A stretch of DNA of 63,959 nucleotides, counting the filler, from Welwitschia mirabilis (taxonomy: Eukaryota), in NCBI GenBank assembly GCA_051453625.1. It is 8 parts of one record of this genome, joined end to end, with 100 filler letters (N's around TTAATTAATTAA, not from the genome) between each part and the next. Parts side by side here need not be neighbours in the genome. Positions count along the whole stretch, not along the records: positions 21,130 to 35,859 come from JBOZIK010000001.1; positions 35,960 to 42,248 come from JBOZIK010000001.1; 6 more parts are not named here. One strand, written 5' to 3'. A program made the position numbers and the translations under genes. Below are positions 26,201 through 37,849 of the stretch, piece by piece; within the stretch, counting starts at the first letter, position 1; each line of letters starts with the position of its first letter. A model generated the notes under the pieces. It searched no databases and was not told the origin of the DNA. It worked only from the letters and a program-made list of their open reading frames with translations.

Positions 26201-26300
26201 TTAAGAAAGTGAAGAATATAGGAGAGTTATTCTACAAGAATAAAAGAAGATGGGAGTAAGGACTCATCGGTGGCTGAAGCAGGAGGAGTAGCCTAGGTCC
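23300..26300 (-). pseudogene. Decayed accessory ORF of Tat/Retand-type gypsy elements (Transposase_28-like N-terminus plus coiled-coil C-terminus), interrupted by an LTR
   Basis: Minus-strand VPLFVDDIGQMFDLPSKS*LTSNG (~25785-25860) resembles the PPF..L....PSQLTPNG motif; coiled-coil-like ORF 23304-23570. Confidence 0.4.
24083..25158 (+). mobile_element. Sirevirus-like solo LTR
   Basis: Starts TGAAAGTCCATGTTTCAATGATGATCAA; paired GGACGTCC-like array 24203-24470; GTGGAGTAGG..GAACCACTATAAAATC; 3' motif CCCTATTCACTTTCCTCTAGG resembling the Sirevirus CCTATTCACCCCCCTCTAG terminus. Confidence 0.6.
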
Positions 26301-29300
26301 CTTTTGCAATTCTGGAAGACTATCCGATCTTCAAGGTGATCTTTGAAGATTGGCTGGCCATCTTGAAAACACGTGCACAAAATCCACTAAACTTACACAG
26401 AGATCAAGAAAACTGATAGGTGGAAGGTGCAAAATGAGGTGTTGGGCCCCCTTTTTATAAAGAAAAACCTCGGGTTTGCACGAAAAAAGAGGAATCTTTC
26501 CCCAAAAAGCTATGTCGTGGGCCCTCAACTTTTGTACTTGATAAAAGTCACATTAAGAGATAAAGTTGGAAACATCTTAGTTAGAAGATAAAATGTTTTA
26601 ATTATGCTAGTAAATTTCCTTAACCTTTTTTAACTTCTCTCATCCCTTTCCTATCCTCTCACGCGTATGCTTGGTGATGTGCAAGTCTTGGATACCAACC
26701 CGATCCCCAGATGTTGGATGACTCCTCCTTCAATTCTGCTCGGCCTTGTCTTCCACATAATATCTCATTTTACCTCACCTCTCCCTCTCCTTTACCTGTC
26801 TTCTCCTCCTTTCTCTCCTTTTCTCTTTCCTTCTTCTCCCCTTCTGTTTCCCTTTTCCTTTCCCTCTGGATCCCACTTCATCCCCTCAGATTCCATCCCT
26901 TGGGTGTGAAATCCCATCCAATTCCATGCCCAAGGTGTGGAATCTAGGCAATTGCATGCCTAGAGGGTGAAATTTAATCTAGCTCTCTAGCCCTTTTTTC
27001 TCATTCAACTCCAGTCTCTAGCTTAGTTCTAGGGATCAGATTCAGAATTTGGTGACAATTTCACTTTCTTCAGTTTTATGCTTTGCTTTCAGCCTAGGTC
27101 TCCAACCTCTTTATCTTACAAGAAGACATCCTCTAGTCCACTTCTTGATTTCGGATCGCTTCTCAACCTCATTCCCCCCCCTTCTCTATCACTTCTCCCT
27201 TTTCATCTTTCCCTTTTACGCCCTTTTTTCCATCCCCTCCTCCTGCCNNNNNNNNNNNNNNNNNNNNNNNNNNNNNNNNNNNNNNNNNNNNNNNNNNNNN
27301 NNNNNNNNNNNNNNNNNNNNNNNNNNNNNNNNNNNNNNNNNNNNNNNNNNNNNNNNNNNNNNNNNNNNNNNNNNNNNNNNNNNNNNNNNNNNNNNNNNNN
27401 NNNNNNNNNNNNNNNNNNNNNNNNNNNNNNNNNNNNNNNNNNNNNNNNNNNNNNNNNNNNNNNNNNNNNNNNNNNNNNNNNNNNNNNNNNNNNNNNNNNN
27501 NNNNNNNNNNNNNNNNNNNNNNNNNNNNNNNNNNNNNNNNNNNNNNNNNNNNNNNNNNNNNNNNNNNNNNNNNNNNNNNNNNNNNNNNNNNNNNNNNNNN
27601 NNNNNNNNNNNNNNNNNNNNNNNNNNNNNNNNNNNNNNNNNNNNNNNNNNNNNNNNNNNNNNNNNNNNNNNNNNNNNNNNNNNNNNNNNNNNNNNNNNNN
27701 NNNNNNNNNNNNNNNNNNNNNNNNNNNNNNNNNNNNNNNNNNNNNNNNNNNNNNNNNNNNNNNNNNNNNNNNNNNNNNNNNNNNNNNNNNNNNNNNNNNN
27801 NNNNNNNNNNNNNNNNNNNNNNNNNNNNNNNNNNNNNNNNNNNNNNNNNNNNNNNNNNNNNNNNNNNNNNNNNNNNNNNNNNNNNNNNNNNNNNNNNNNN
27901 NNNNNNNNNNNNNNNNNNNNNNNNNNNNNNNNNNNNNNNNNNNNNNNNNNNNNNNNNNNNNATCCTCCTTCCTTCCTCATTTTCCCTAGAGTTCTCAACT
28001 CCATGCCTTGGACAAAGAGTTCCTGTTCCAGGTCCCCTTCTTGAACTCCAACCACACAACTCTTTGTCTCAAGTGGCTCATAGGGAAAAAGAATTAGATA
28101 ATGACTTTACATAGCCTAGGCCTTCAACCTGGATCTCCAACATCAGATGGTAGGCTAGTTCTTAGCCTCAAAACTCAAGAGGTTTCCTCATCCACCCCAT
28201 GAGGACCCCTCTTTACCCTTCCTCTCTCACTTTCCTTCTTTCTTTTTTCCTTCTCCTGTCTTTCCCCTCTTCCTTTTTCCATGTTTTTCCCTTCCTCTCC
28301 TTTCCTCCATACCATTTCCACCCAATTTCATGCGTATCCAGTTCAATTCCACACCAGGGCGTGGAATTCCAAAGACTCCTTGCTCCACCTTCTTTGGGCC
28401 TCTCATTCTAGTTCCCCTCTACAAAATCTAGATTTTCCAGTCTCCTTACTAGTATTTACCTAGGCAGTATCCTCCTCAAGTTGTTTCATCCCTAGAGAAA
28501 TAGTCCTTCGAAAGAAAATATTATTCCCAACCTCTCTGCCTAGTTTTCTTTATGAAGGGCATGATTGTTTAGTCCACAATCAACTTCAGAAGAGTCCTAA
28601 GGTTGCATAATGTCCTTAGGGCATGCCATTATCAAGCGAGTTTGCTTGTGAAATTACACCACGGGGTGAGTACCAGCTTGATGCCTAGTTAAGTGATCAG
28701 TGTTCTGGTGGAGTGATCCTTCCTAGTACCAAACCTGAAGGACGGGTTGCTTTGTCTCATACATGTGTGTGGCCATCTAGACAACATTTGTTAGCTATCT
28801 GTCAACGTGTTTACAAATGCTTCATTAGGCTTCCAAGCAACACCTCAATCACAATACCATAACTAGCTCTCAAGGACGATGAGGACAATCAAACAACAAG
28901 GAGGTGCTTCTTGGACCCCTCCTTTCCATCATCATATTCCCTTTCCATTCTTCCATGTCACTCTCTTTTCTTTGCCTTTCATCTAAGAGGCGATCTTTCT
29001 CTTTTTCTCCCACTTCTAGGTCTCTGCATCTAGGAGACCTTCTGTATGTTTTCTCTTAATTCCCCTCTTACCCTTTAGTATTGTAAAAGTTATATGCGAC
29101 ATTGGAGATGCCTTTTGCATACACTGGATAGTAATCTTGCCTTCACATTTCTTTCGGACTCTTAGCTAGCTGATGATTTTATTTCTTCTGCAAGGAAGAG
29201 TCATGAAGACAATAGAAAGAGATTTTATAAATTGCACATCTTTAGCAATTTCAATGTTTTTGTTAAGTTTTGTAATTCATTGTTTTTAGTTATTTACTTA

Positions 29301-32300
29301 TATAGTACAACAATCCTTCCTTCTTCTTGCTTAGGAGAGGCTTATTTATACCCTTCTCCTCTAGGTCTAGCCCATGCTCTCACCCTGTTCCCTAGATACT
29401 TTGTACCTTGGGTGAAATCATATTGGGTACCTAATTTTTAACTCCCTTCTAAAACAACTCCACGACCTCACCCTGGAAAGTGGGTGCTATTGTCCTTTCC
29501 AAACCTAGGGAAGGGAATTTTTATCAACAGTGATTAAGGAACTCATTTCGTCATTAAGGTTCTTAGAAAACTCCTCTTGCAAGTTGCGATTGAACATTAT
29601 GTTGTTAATGCTCATCATCCTCAAAAGGAATGGTCAGGTTGAAAATGCTAATAGGGAAATCAAGAAAATACTTCAGAAAACTATTAGCTTTTCATGGGAA
29701 AACTGGGCTTTAAGACTTTTTGATGCTTTCTTTGGACTTATAGAAGCACTTGGCGNNNNNNNNNNNNNNNNNNNNNNNNNNNNNNNNNNNNNNNNNNNNN
29801 NNNNNNNNNNNNNNNNNNNNNNNNNNNNNNNNNNNNNNNNNNNNNNNNNNNNNNNNNNNNNNNNNNNNNNNNNNNNNNNNNNNNNNNNNNNNNNNNNNNN
29901 NNNNNNNNNNNNNNNNNNNNNNNNNNNNNNNNNNNNNNNNNNNNNNNNNNNNNNNNNNNNNNNNNNNNNNNNNNNNNNNNNNNNNNNNNNNNNNNNNNNN
30001 NNNNNNNNNNNNNNNNNNNNNNNNNNNNNNNNNNNNNNNNNNNNNNNNNNNNNNNNNNNNNNNNNNNNNNNNNNNNNNNNNNNNNNNNNNNNNNNNNNNN
30101 NNNNNNNNNNNNNNNNNNNNNNNNNNNNNNNNNNNNNNNNNNNNNNNNNNNNNNNNNNNNNNNNNNNNNNNNNNNNNNNNNNNNNNNNNNNNNNNNNNNN
30201 NNNNNNNNNNNNNNNNNNNNNNNNNNNNNNNNNNNNNNNNNNNNNNNNNNNNNNNNNNNNNNNNNNNNNNNNNNNNNNNNNNNNNNNNNNNNNNNNNNNN
30301 NNNNNNNNNNNNNNNNNNNNNNNNNNNNNNNNNNNNNNNNNNNNNNNNNNNNNNNNNNNNNNNNNNNNNNNNNNNNNNNNNNNNNNNNNNNNNNNNNNNN
30401 NNNNNNNNNNNNNNNNNNNNNNNNNNNNNNNNNNNNNNNNNNNNNNNNNNNNNNNNNNNNNNNNNNNNNNNNNNNNNNNNNNNNNNNNNNNNNNNNNNNN
30501 NNNNNNNNNNNNNNNNNNNNNNNNNNNNNNNNNNNNNNNNNNNNNNNNNNNNNNNNNNNNNNNNNNNNNNNNNNNNNNNNNNNNNNNNNNNNNNNNNNNN
30601 NNNNNNNNNNNNNNNNNNNNNNNNNNNNNNNNNNNNNNNNNNNNNNNNNNNNNNNNNNNNNNNNNGGGAAATCAAGAAAATACTTCAGAAAACTATTAGC
30701 TTTTCATGAGAAAACTGGGCTTTAAGACTTGTTGATGCTTTCTTTGGACTTATAGAAGCACTTGGCGAAATTCACTTGGCTTCTTGCCTTAATAATTGGT
30801 CTATGGTAAATGTTGTGTGCTTCCCACTACTATTGTTTTTCATTCTTTCAAGTCTTGCCAGAGCTTGAGAATCTGGTTTGTGTGGTCGCCTCCTCCAAAT
30901 GCAATACCTTGATGAGAAAAGAATGCAAGCTATTACTTGACAATTTATTACTAAAGCTCAAGCCAAATTTTGTCATGATAAAAACATTTGTCCCAAGTAT
31001 TCTAAACTTGGTCAACTACTACTCTTGTTCAACATTAAAGCCAATATGATTCACAATAAGCTTTTATCTTGATGGGTAGGGCCCTACCTTGTTGTAAACG
31101 CCTATCCATGGGTCAGTTTGTATTCGAGACATCACCACCCAAGAAACCTTTTGTGTGAATGGCCAACACTTAAAAACATTTTTTCAAAAGTGATCCTTTA
31201 AGGCAAGATTCCAACCTAGTGGAAGAACTGCACACAAATTACCCCTTGCAAGAAGGGGATTACTTAGTGATCATCTAAAAATCATCAATGGAGGAGGAAG
31301 CAATAAAAAGAAAAGAGCGTTTCTCTAGTCTTCATAAGGGAACATCAACTTTTATCTTTAGACTTCTCTTGAGATAGGTAACTTTTATCTTTCACCTTTG
31401 ATGTATTAGTTAAGGTGTGTCTCAAGCAGCACTTATGTCCTGGGAATGCCATGCTGATGCGAGTAGATGCTTAACAAATGGGCTCTTGGCCCACATTCTC
31501 TATGGAGTTTGTGATATGTTTCGACTTTGGAAGGAGGAAGTCCAACGTAGCTTGCCGGGATGTCATTTGTCGGGGGCACAATGGTATTTTACCCCATTCT
31601 GTCTAGGGAACATGGCCACGTACTACACTATAGCCTTAAAATGTTACTCATGGGTTTTGACCTTTAACTTTTTCTAATTTGACTCAATAATAAGTATGAC
31701 CATATTTAATTGATAAGTGGTGGATTTGAGGTTTACTTTGCACTTCAGAAGGCATCTTGATCAATGCAGACGATCTTCATTACAAGTTGATTATCCTTTA
31801 ACAAATTGGAAAACATTTTTTCTCATCTCTCCTTGATCCCATTTTTAATTAGATGCACTGAGAATACAATTTACCTAGCTATTTGCCTGGTTTGGTTCAT
31901 TGTGTTATATAGGAGATTTTTGCATTAAAAAGCATTGTCTACTTCATTTCATTTCACATGCGATGTCACCCAATTCTAGAGAAGTGTGTAATATTGATTC
32001 TGATTTTCAACTTTTGTCGGATCTTCAACCTTTGCCGCTTTTGTCGCTCAGTGACACAAGTGGCAACTAGTTGACTATCACTACTTAATTGCCCAATGAC
32101 TAAGCAATGGTTAGTCAACCATTGCCATACTAATGCCCAACGACAAAGTAGCAACATCTGTTGCCCCCAGGCAACTATAACCACTTTGCGTCACACGACA
32201 ACAAAGTAACGACAGGTCATAGGCTTATAAATTTGTGTCACCTGTTCTGTCTAAATTGCGATTTAGTCAGCTTCTAGTTTTCGTCCTCACTACCTTTGAC

Positions 32301-32654
32301 TATTTCGTAACTCTCAAGCACTTGATTTGATTCTAATTGCGTCTCTTTTAGTCTTCAAATAAGTTCTTCTCCCCTCTTTTTAGTTTTATGCACATTCTTA
32401 GTTGGAGACTTTGAAAATCCACTTGAGAATAGTAGTCAGATTTTCGAGCCAATCTAACTTTGTCTTTTTCAACAATTCCAAGAATTTTTAGGGCTAGTCC
32501 CCAGCATGAAACCTAAGGGTGTTTGTAGCCTTAGCTCTTTGTTGTCTTTCATTTAACTAATGGATTAGATGTATGAAATGCACATTTCTTCTAAACATTA
32601 GCTATTAATTGGATGTAATTCATTTGAAGGGAAAACTACATATACTCTCAAAAA

Positions 32655-33262
32655 CAATGATGTAAATGTCGACAATTCATTTATGTCACTGGCTTAAAAA
32701 AGTCATGTCGAGGAGACATGTCGTTAGGTCAGCACAATATGTCGTTGTAAGATGGTGGTGATTATTTTTTTTAAAAAGTGAGAATTAATAATTTCATAAC
32801 AGTCATAAATAGTATAAGCTAAAAAGAAGTAAAATGAAGTAATTAAAAAAGTATTTGATATGCATAAATGAGTTGGAAGGCAATTATCATGTAAATGNNN
32901 NNNNNNNNNNNNNNNNNNNNNNNNNNNNNNNNNNNNNNNNNNNNNNNNNNNNNNNNNNNNNNNNNNNNNNNNNNNNNNNNNNNNNNNNNNNNNNNNNCAT
33001 AAATGAGTGGGATGCCAATTATCATGTAAATGACCCAAATATATCCTTTGTGATTCTTTTTGTTCTCTACTTTTTGGCCATTGAGCATGACATTTTGAGT
33101 TTAAGTCGTGACATGTCGCAAACATTTACTCATGGCTTCATGTCACCAACTTTTTGCAAATGTTGGGGGACGATGTCTCCCTGCAAAAGACATAAACCTT
33201 GAAGGTTTATTGCGCTATGTGTTGCTCAATTTTGGAGACATGTTGCTCTTTTCAAATCACTG
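32655..33262. mobile_element. hAT-family MITE with perfect 8-bp TSD
   Basis: CTCAAAAA at 32647-32654 and 33263-33270; termini CAATGATGTAAAT / TTTCAAATCACTG; CATGTCG/GACATG subterminal repeats; internal N gap. Confidence 0.85.
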
Positions 33263-33449
33263 CTCAAAAAAGTATATTTGTACGCAGGATGCTTACATTA
33301 AAATAGGCACAACTATAGCAACTTCGTGTATTCTCTTTCCATGCTGCCTTGTATTCCAATCTTATCAACTTCCATTGTGTTAGCCTTTTGCATAAGAATT
33401 GCATTTTCTCTTCAATTTATATGAACTTTTAACATAGTATGGTTGGTTG

Positions 33450-34804
33450 TAGTGGCTTCACCATCATCTTCTAGTCTCTAAAATGATTGAGAAAGGCATC
33501 AAATCCTTCCACTTCGATCATACACGAAGAGGGCCCTGAATGTGTCCTTGAAGAACGATTTGAAGAATTGAAGCACTACGAAAAGAACATCAAACTCCCA
33601 TCCACAAAGCTCAATTTTTGGTGAAGAGATCCTTTGAGGATGTACTTAGTCAAACAAGTAATCATATGATGGAAATGGTCAAGATGTTGGGGTGGAAATG
33701 GATAGTTTTTGCTAATGGGCAGTATTTGGATCAAGAGATTAGGGAATTCTTCCTGAGTAGTGGTGGAACAAGAGAAGAAAATAAAGGCTTCTTGATGTTT
33801 ATTATTCGGGGACTAGGATTAAAATTGGTGTTCATACTATGGCTTGTGAACGCAACATGTTAGGGAGAAGCTACAAGTTCCTTCCTCTTGTTGGATCATT
33901 TATAGAACTCAAAGGGGCCATACAAGTGGTTATTCCTAACTATGTAGTAGTCTTAGATTCAAAAGGGGTCAAGCAAGGTATTTTGACATAGGGCCAACAG
34001 ATTTAGGCCAAGGCTATGCAAGCAAACATTATTCCATCTACTCATGCTAGCCATTTGATGGTCTCAGCTTCATGATTTTGGCTGCCTTGGAGGAAAAAAG
34101 TGTTGAGTACAACTTAGCAGCATTCATTTGGTCCCACATTGCAAAATTCACTAAGGAGGGCAAGCTGACATTTTTGCCCTATCCCTAGCTTACCAACAAA
34201 TTGATTCGATGGTTTGTCAACCCTCCTATAGATGCGGGTTTTATCTCTAGCTCTGTTGTATCTTTGAAAACCTTGTGGAGGATAGGTATTGGCAAAAGTC
34301 AAACAATAGGACTAGAATTCAGTCCATCATCCACATCATCTGCACCTGGTCCCTCTTCTTTTGCACTAGGCCCTTTTACATCTGCTATTCCTCCTCCACC
34401 ACCACTACATTTAGAAGAGCACCGATTGTTGGTGGATCACATGGCCATTCTACAACAACATATTGACCAACAAATGGTGGACTTGCATGCTTATATTGAT
34501 CATTAGATTCTTCATATGGGACTCTTTTGATCTTCAGCTTACAACTATTAAGTTAAAAGTATCCGAATGCATGGCTAATGTACGAGAGGGCTTAGTACAA
34601 CTTGGACAACAGAAATCTCACTTTGAAGGCATCAACCAACAATTACCCCACATTTCTGAGTGCATGGACACTTTGACTATTACACCAGATGAATTGGACG
34701 TCTCCAAATCGACTATTGGAGAAGAGGAAGAGTTCGGCTTTGTTGCTTCCCTTCAAGAAACCTCTCCTATTATTTCCTTTTCTTCTACACCTCATCCTTC
34801 TTAA
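33450..34804 (+). pseudogene. Athila-type extra (env-like/ORF2) gene remnant between integrase and PPT
   Basis: MLGWKWIVFANGQYLDQEIREFF motif, Ser/Pro-rich linker (SSTSSAPGPSS..PPPPP), then coiled-coil; lies just upstream of the PPT. Confidence 0.55.
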
Positions 34805-35109
34805 TCTTTTTCATGAATGCTATAATGTAAATTCCACTCTTTTTGCAATTTTCTAATACATGATACTCTTTAGAATAAATTAGCACTTGCTCTTCTGCTA
34901 CTTTATTTTTATAATCTTTGCCCATTGGTCTTGTTTATCCTTACTTACCCTACCTTGTTAGGGCCTATGCAAGGGCTTGGTGGGGGGCTATGATAAACAC
35001 TTTAAATGAGAGCTATGTGGCATACTAGCTATAGAAAATAGTGTGGATAGGACAAACAAAATTTCATTAAAGAAGGATTGGGAGCGCATGAAAGTAGAGT
35101 TGGACAAAT

Positions 35110-35859
35110 TGTAGAGATAATTGATTTCAATGATGAACAAGAACTAGCAACAATGCACCTTTTCATATGCAATTTAGAAGCTGTGCCACCGGGGACCCTG
35201 TATACGACCGAACATATAGGGACGTCCGACCTGCGACCTGCGACATCCGGAGTACAATGCAATCCAAATGTACTGGGACGTCCAACCTGAGACCTGGGAC
35301 ATCCGAATTGGAACGCGGTCCAAATGTATTGGGACGTCCAACCTGCTACCTGGGACGTTCGGATTAGAACGCAGTCAAAATGTACTAGGACGTCCGACCT
35401 GCAAGACGGGACATCCGGACTTGAATGCAGAAAAATATATTGGGACGTCCGGATCTGAATCTGGGACGTCCGGATCTAACCCAGAAACTAAACGTTATAA
35501 CTGCGACGTCCAGTACGAAAAGGTGGGACGTCTAACCTGAAAAAATATGAACGTTGCAGACGTCAGAACCACGCGGTTTTCAAGCGAAAACGTCTTGGGC
35601 AGCGGTTAGAACTCCTTTGGGATGTGGCTCAAACGTCTATAACAGCAGACCAGCGGTTAGGGATCCCATCAAAAGGATCCAACAGCTATTTTCATTGTGA
35701 TGTCTATATAAGCCATTCAAAAAACCCCTTGAAATGGTTACTATTCAAAACTAGTTGTAAAATCATCTCTGTCATTCTTCTGTATGTACTTCACTAAGTG
35801 ATCTATTGAAGAAGGAATCCTCTGTGCTAAAATTGCTGATGTATTGTGCTCAAGGCATC
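35110..35859 (+). mobile_element. Sirevirus-like LTR inserted ~120 bp into the Athila-like 3' LTR; truncated by a gap
   Basis: Similarity to the 18559 LTR stops at 35110, where TGTAGAGATAATTGATTTCAATGATGAACAA begins; palindrome array; TATA-like CTATATAAG at ~35705. Confidence 0.6.
35219..35533. repeat. 56-bp tandem array (5-6 units), each unit with two GGACGTCC-type palindromes 21 bp apart
   Basis: Sites at 35219/35240, 35275/35296, 35331/35352, 35387/35408, 35442/35463, 35503/35525. Confidence 0.9.
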
Positions 35860-37130
35860 NNNNNNNNNNNNNNNNNNNNNNNNNNNNNNNNNNNNNNNNN
35901 NNNTTAATTAATTAANNNNNNNNNNNNNNNNNNNNNNNNNNNNNNNNNNNNNNNNNNNNACAAAGCATCCATATAGGTTAAAGATGCAATAATTTCCAAC
36001 ATAAGAAACTATTTTTGAATGATGATAAATCAAAGAAATTTAATGAATATATAATGGTTGTCCTCAATCTTGTGGGGATGATAAAGGGGACAATAATCAG
36101 TAAATTATGATATTTCACAGTGTCGTGAGGATGACGATTGAGATGGCAGTTAGCATTTTTGACATGTGACTGGCAAATGGAGTGTCATGCTTTATGTCAT
36201 GGGGATGACATGGTGGAAAATGATTAAAATGATTTGTAAAATTAGTTAAATTCTTATGAAAGGATGAATCTAACTTATACTCTTCATTTCACACCCTTTA
36301 ATGACCTATCCCAACCTATAAATAGACCCTTTCAGCTCCTATTCAAAATCATCTTTTGTCATCTACATTCTTGTNNNNNNNNNNNNNNNNNNNNNNNNNN
36401 NNNNNNNNNNNNNNNNNNNNNNNNNNNNNNNNNNNNNNNNNNNNGTAAATCTTCCATTGAGAAGTTGTTGTTGTAAGTGAATGTAATTCAATTTCATTAC
36501 TAAAAGTATTGATTGAACTGAAATCTTTTCAAATGTTTTATTATTCTTCCTTATAGCTTATCTTAATTACAATTTAAGTGACATGAATTTGTAATTAAAA
36601 TAGGTTATAAAAACCAATTTAATTAATAGAGAATTGGAAGTTTCATTAATTCATTGCATTATAATTACATACATTANNNNNNNNNNNNNNNNNNNNNNNN
36701 NNNNNNNNNNNNNNNNNNNNNNNNNNNNNNNNNNNNNNNNNNNNNNNNNNNNNNNNNNNNNNNNNNNNNNNNNNNNATTTAATTAATAGAGAATTGGAAG
36801 TTTCATTAATTCATTGCATTATAATTACATACATTACATTGCATTTTATTTCCTTCCATTACATTGCATTGCATCTTCATCTTTGCATTGTTTAATTTTA
36901 TTTAATTTAAAGTAAAATTCCAAAATATTTTATTCTTCTCTTTATGAAAGCAATTTTTTAGATTCTCTTTTAGAAGTATTCTCTAAGTATATGACATTTA
37001 GGTTGATCCCACTATACAAATGTGTATTATTGCAATTATATTATTAGTTTTTTAGATGTTATAAGTTAAATTCAATCTTTAGAATATTAGAATTAAAAGC
37101 AAAAATATGCATTGTAATAGAAAACTAGGG

Positions 37131-37460
37131 AATTGAAGGAACCTTGATAATGACTTATTGAAGAACCCCTTTGAGTAACCTACACTGCTTGAAGACCCTC
37201 TTTGAGTTCATTCTTTGTCCAAGACCTACTTCAAAGGATCAATTCTTATTTGAAGGATCCCTTTGAGTAACCTTAGCTATTCAAAGATCTTCTTCAAGCT
37301 CATTATTTGTCCAAGACCTCCTTCGAAGGAGTAATTCATATTTAAAAGATCCCTTCGAGTAAACATTTTTACTTGAAGACCCCCTTTGAGGAAGGAATTA
37401 GTACTTGAAGGACCCCTTTGAGTAACCTTTGCTACTTGAAGGCCCTCTTTAAGCTCTACT
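37131..37460. repeat. ~30-31 bp tandem array (~10 units) with ~91-bp higher-order period
   Basis: Core TTGAAGGACCCCTTTGAG; variant TTTGTCCAAGACCT.CTTC recurs at ~37214 and ~37306. Confidence 0.8.
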
Positions 37461-37849
37461 TAAGGAAGAGACAAAAATACTCTTTTATAGAATGTTTTAA
37501 TAAAGCCCCATTCAACAGATTGGAACACCCCTTTGATAGAGGATATAACAAATAAGATGTAGACATGTGGACATTAAGCTTGAAAATTCTATAAAAGTGA
37601 CATTATAATAGGTAAATTCTTTGTTTGAAGTCTATTTTTAGCATATGATTTTCTTTGTCATTTTCGAATAATTCTATATGCATTTAAAAAGCACGATGAA
37701 GACCTCTTCCATAATCTCTTTTATAGGTAAATTTCCATTTTATTATATCATGTTATACATTTTAAAGTAGAACGTTATTTTAGGTAGTTATATGCTTTCA
37801 TTTCTATGACATCCTATTTTTCCTTAATAAAATGTTGGATGAGCATTTG

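Larger units (their letters stand above)
18559..35109 (+). mobile_element. Athila-like Ty3/gypsy element with nested insertions: 5' LTR 18559-~19530, PBS, gag (~20040-21030), integrase C-term (29530-31190), extra ORF, PPT, 3' LTR start 34991
   Basis: First ~120 bp at 18559 and 34991 are highly similar (TGAT.AACA.TTTAAATGAGA.CTATGTGGCATACTA...GTTGGACAAATTG); decayed TGGCGCCGTTGCCGGGGA-type PBS at ~19533-19552; gag DPYSHL..LKVFPLTLTEKDKMWFNSLP; integrase NGQVENANREIKKILQK; PPT GGTGGGGGGCTA before 34991. Spans several gaps. Confidence 0.75.

Noticed and set aside
35219-37460. CRISPR-like appearance of the regularly spaced palindromes (35219-35533, 37131-37460)
   Set aside because: Plant nuclear TE context, spacers similar to each other rather than unique, degenerate repeats, no cas genes.
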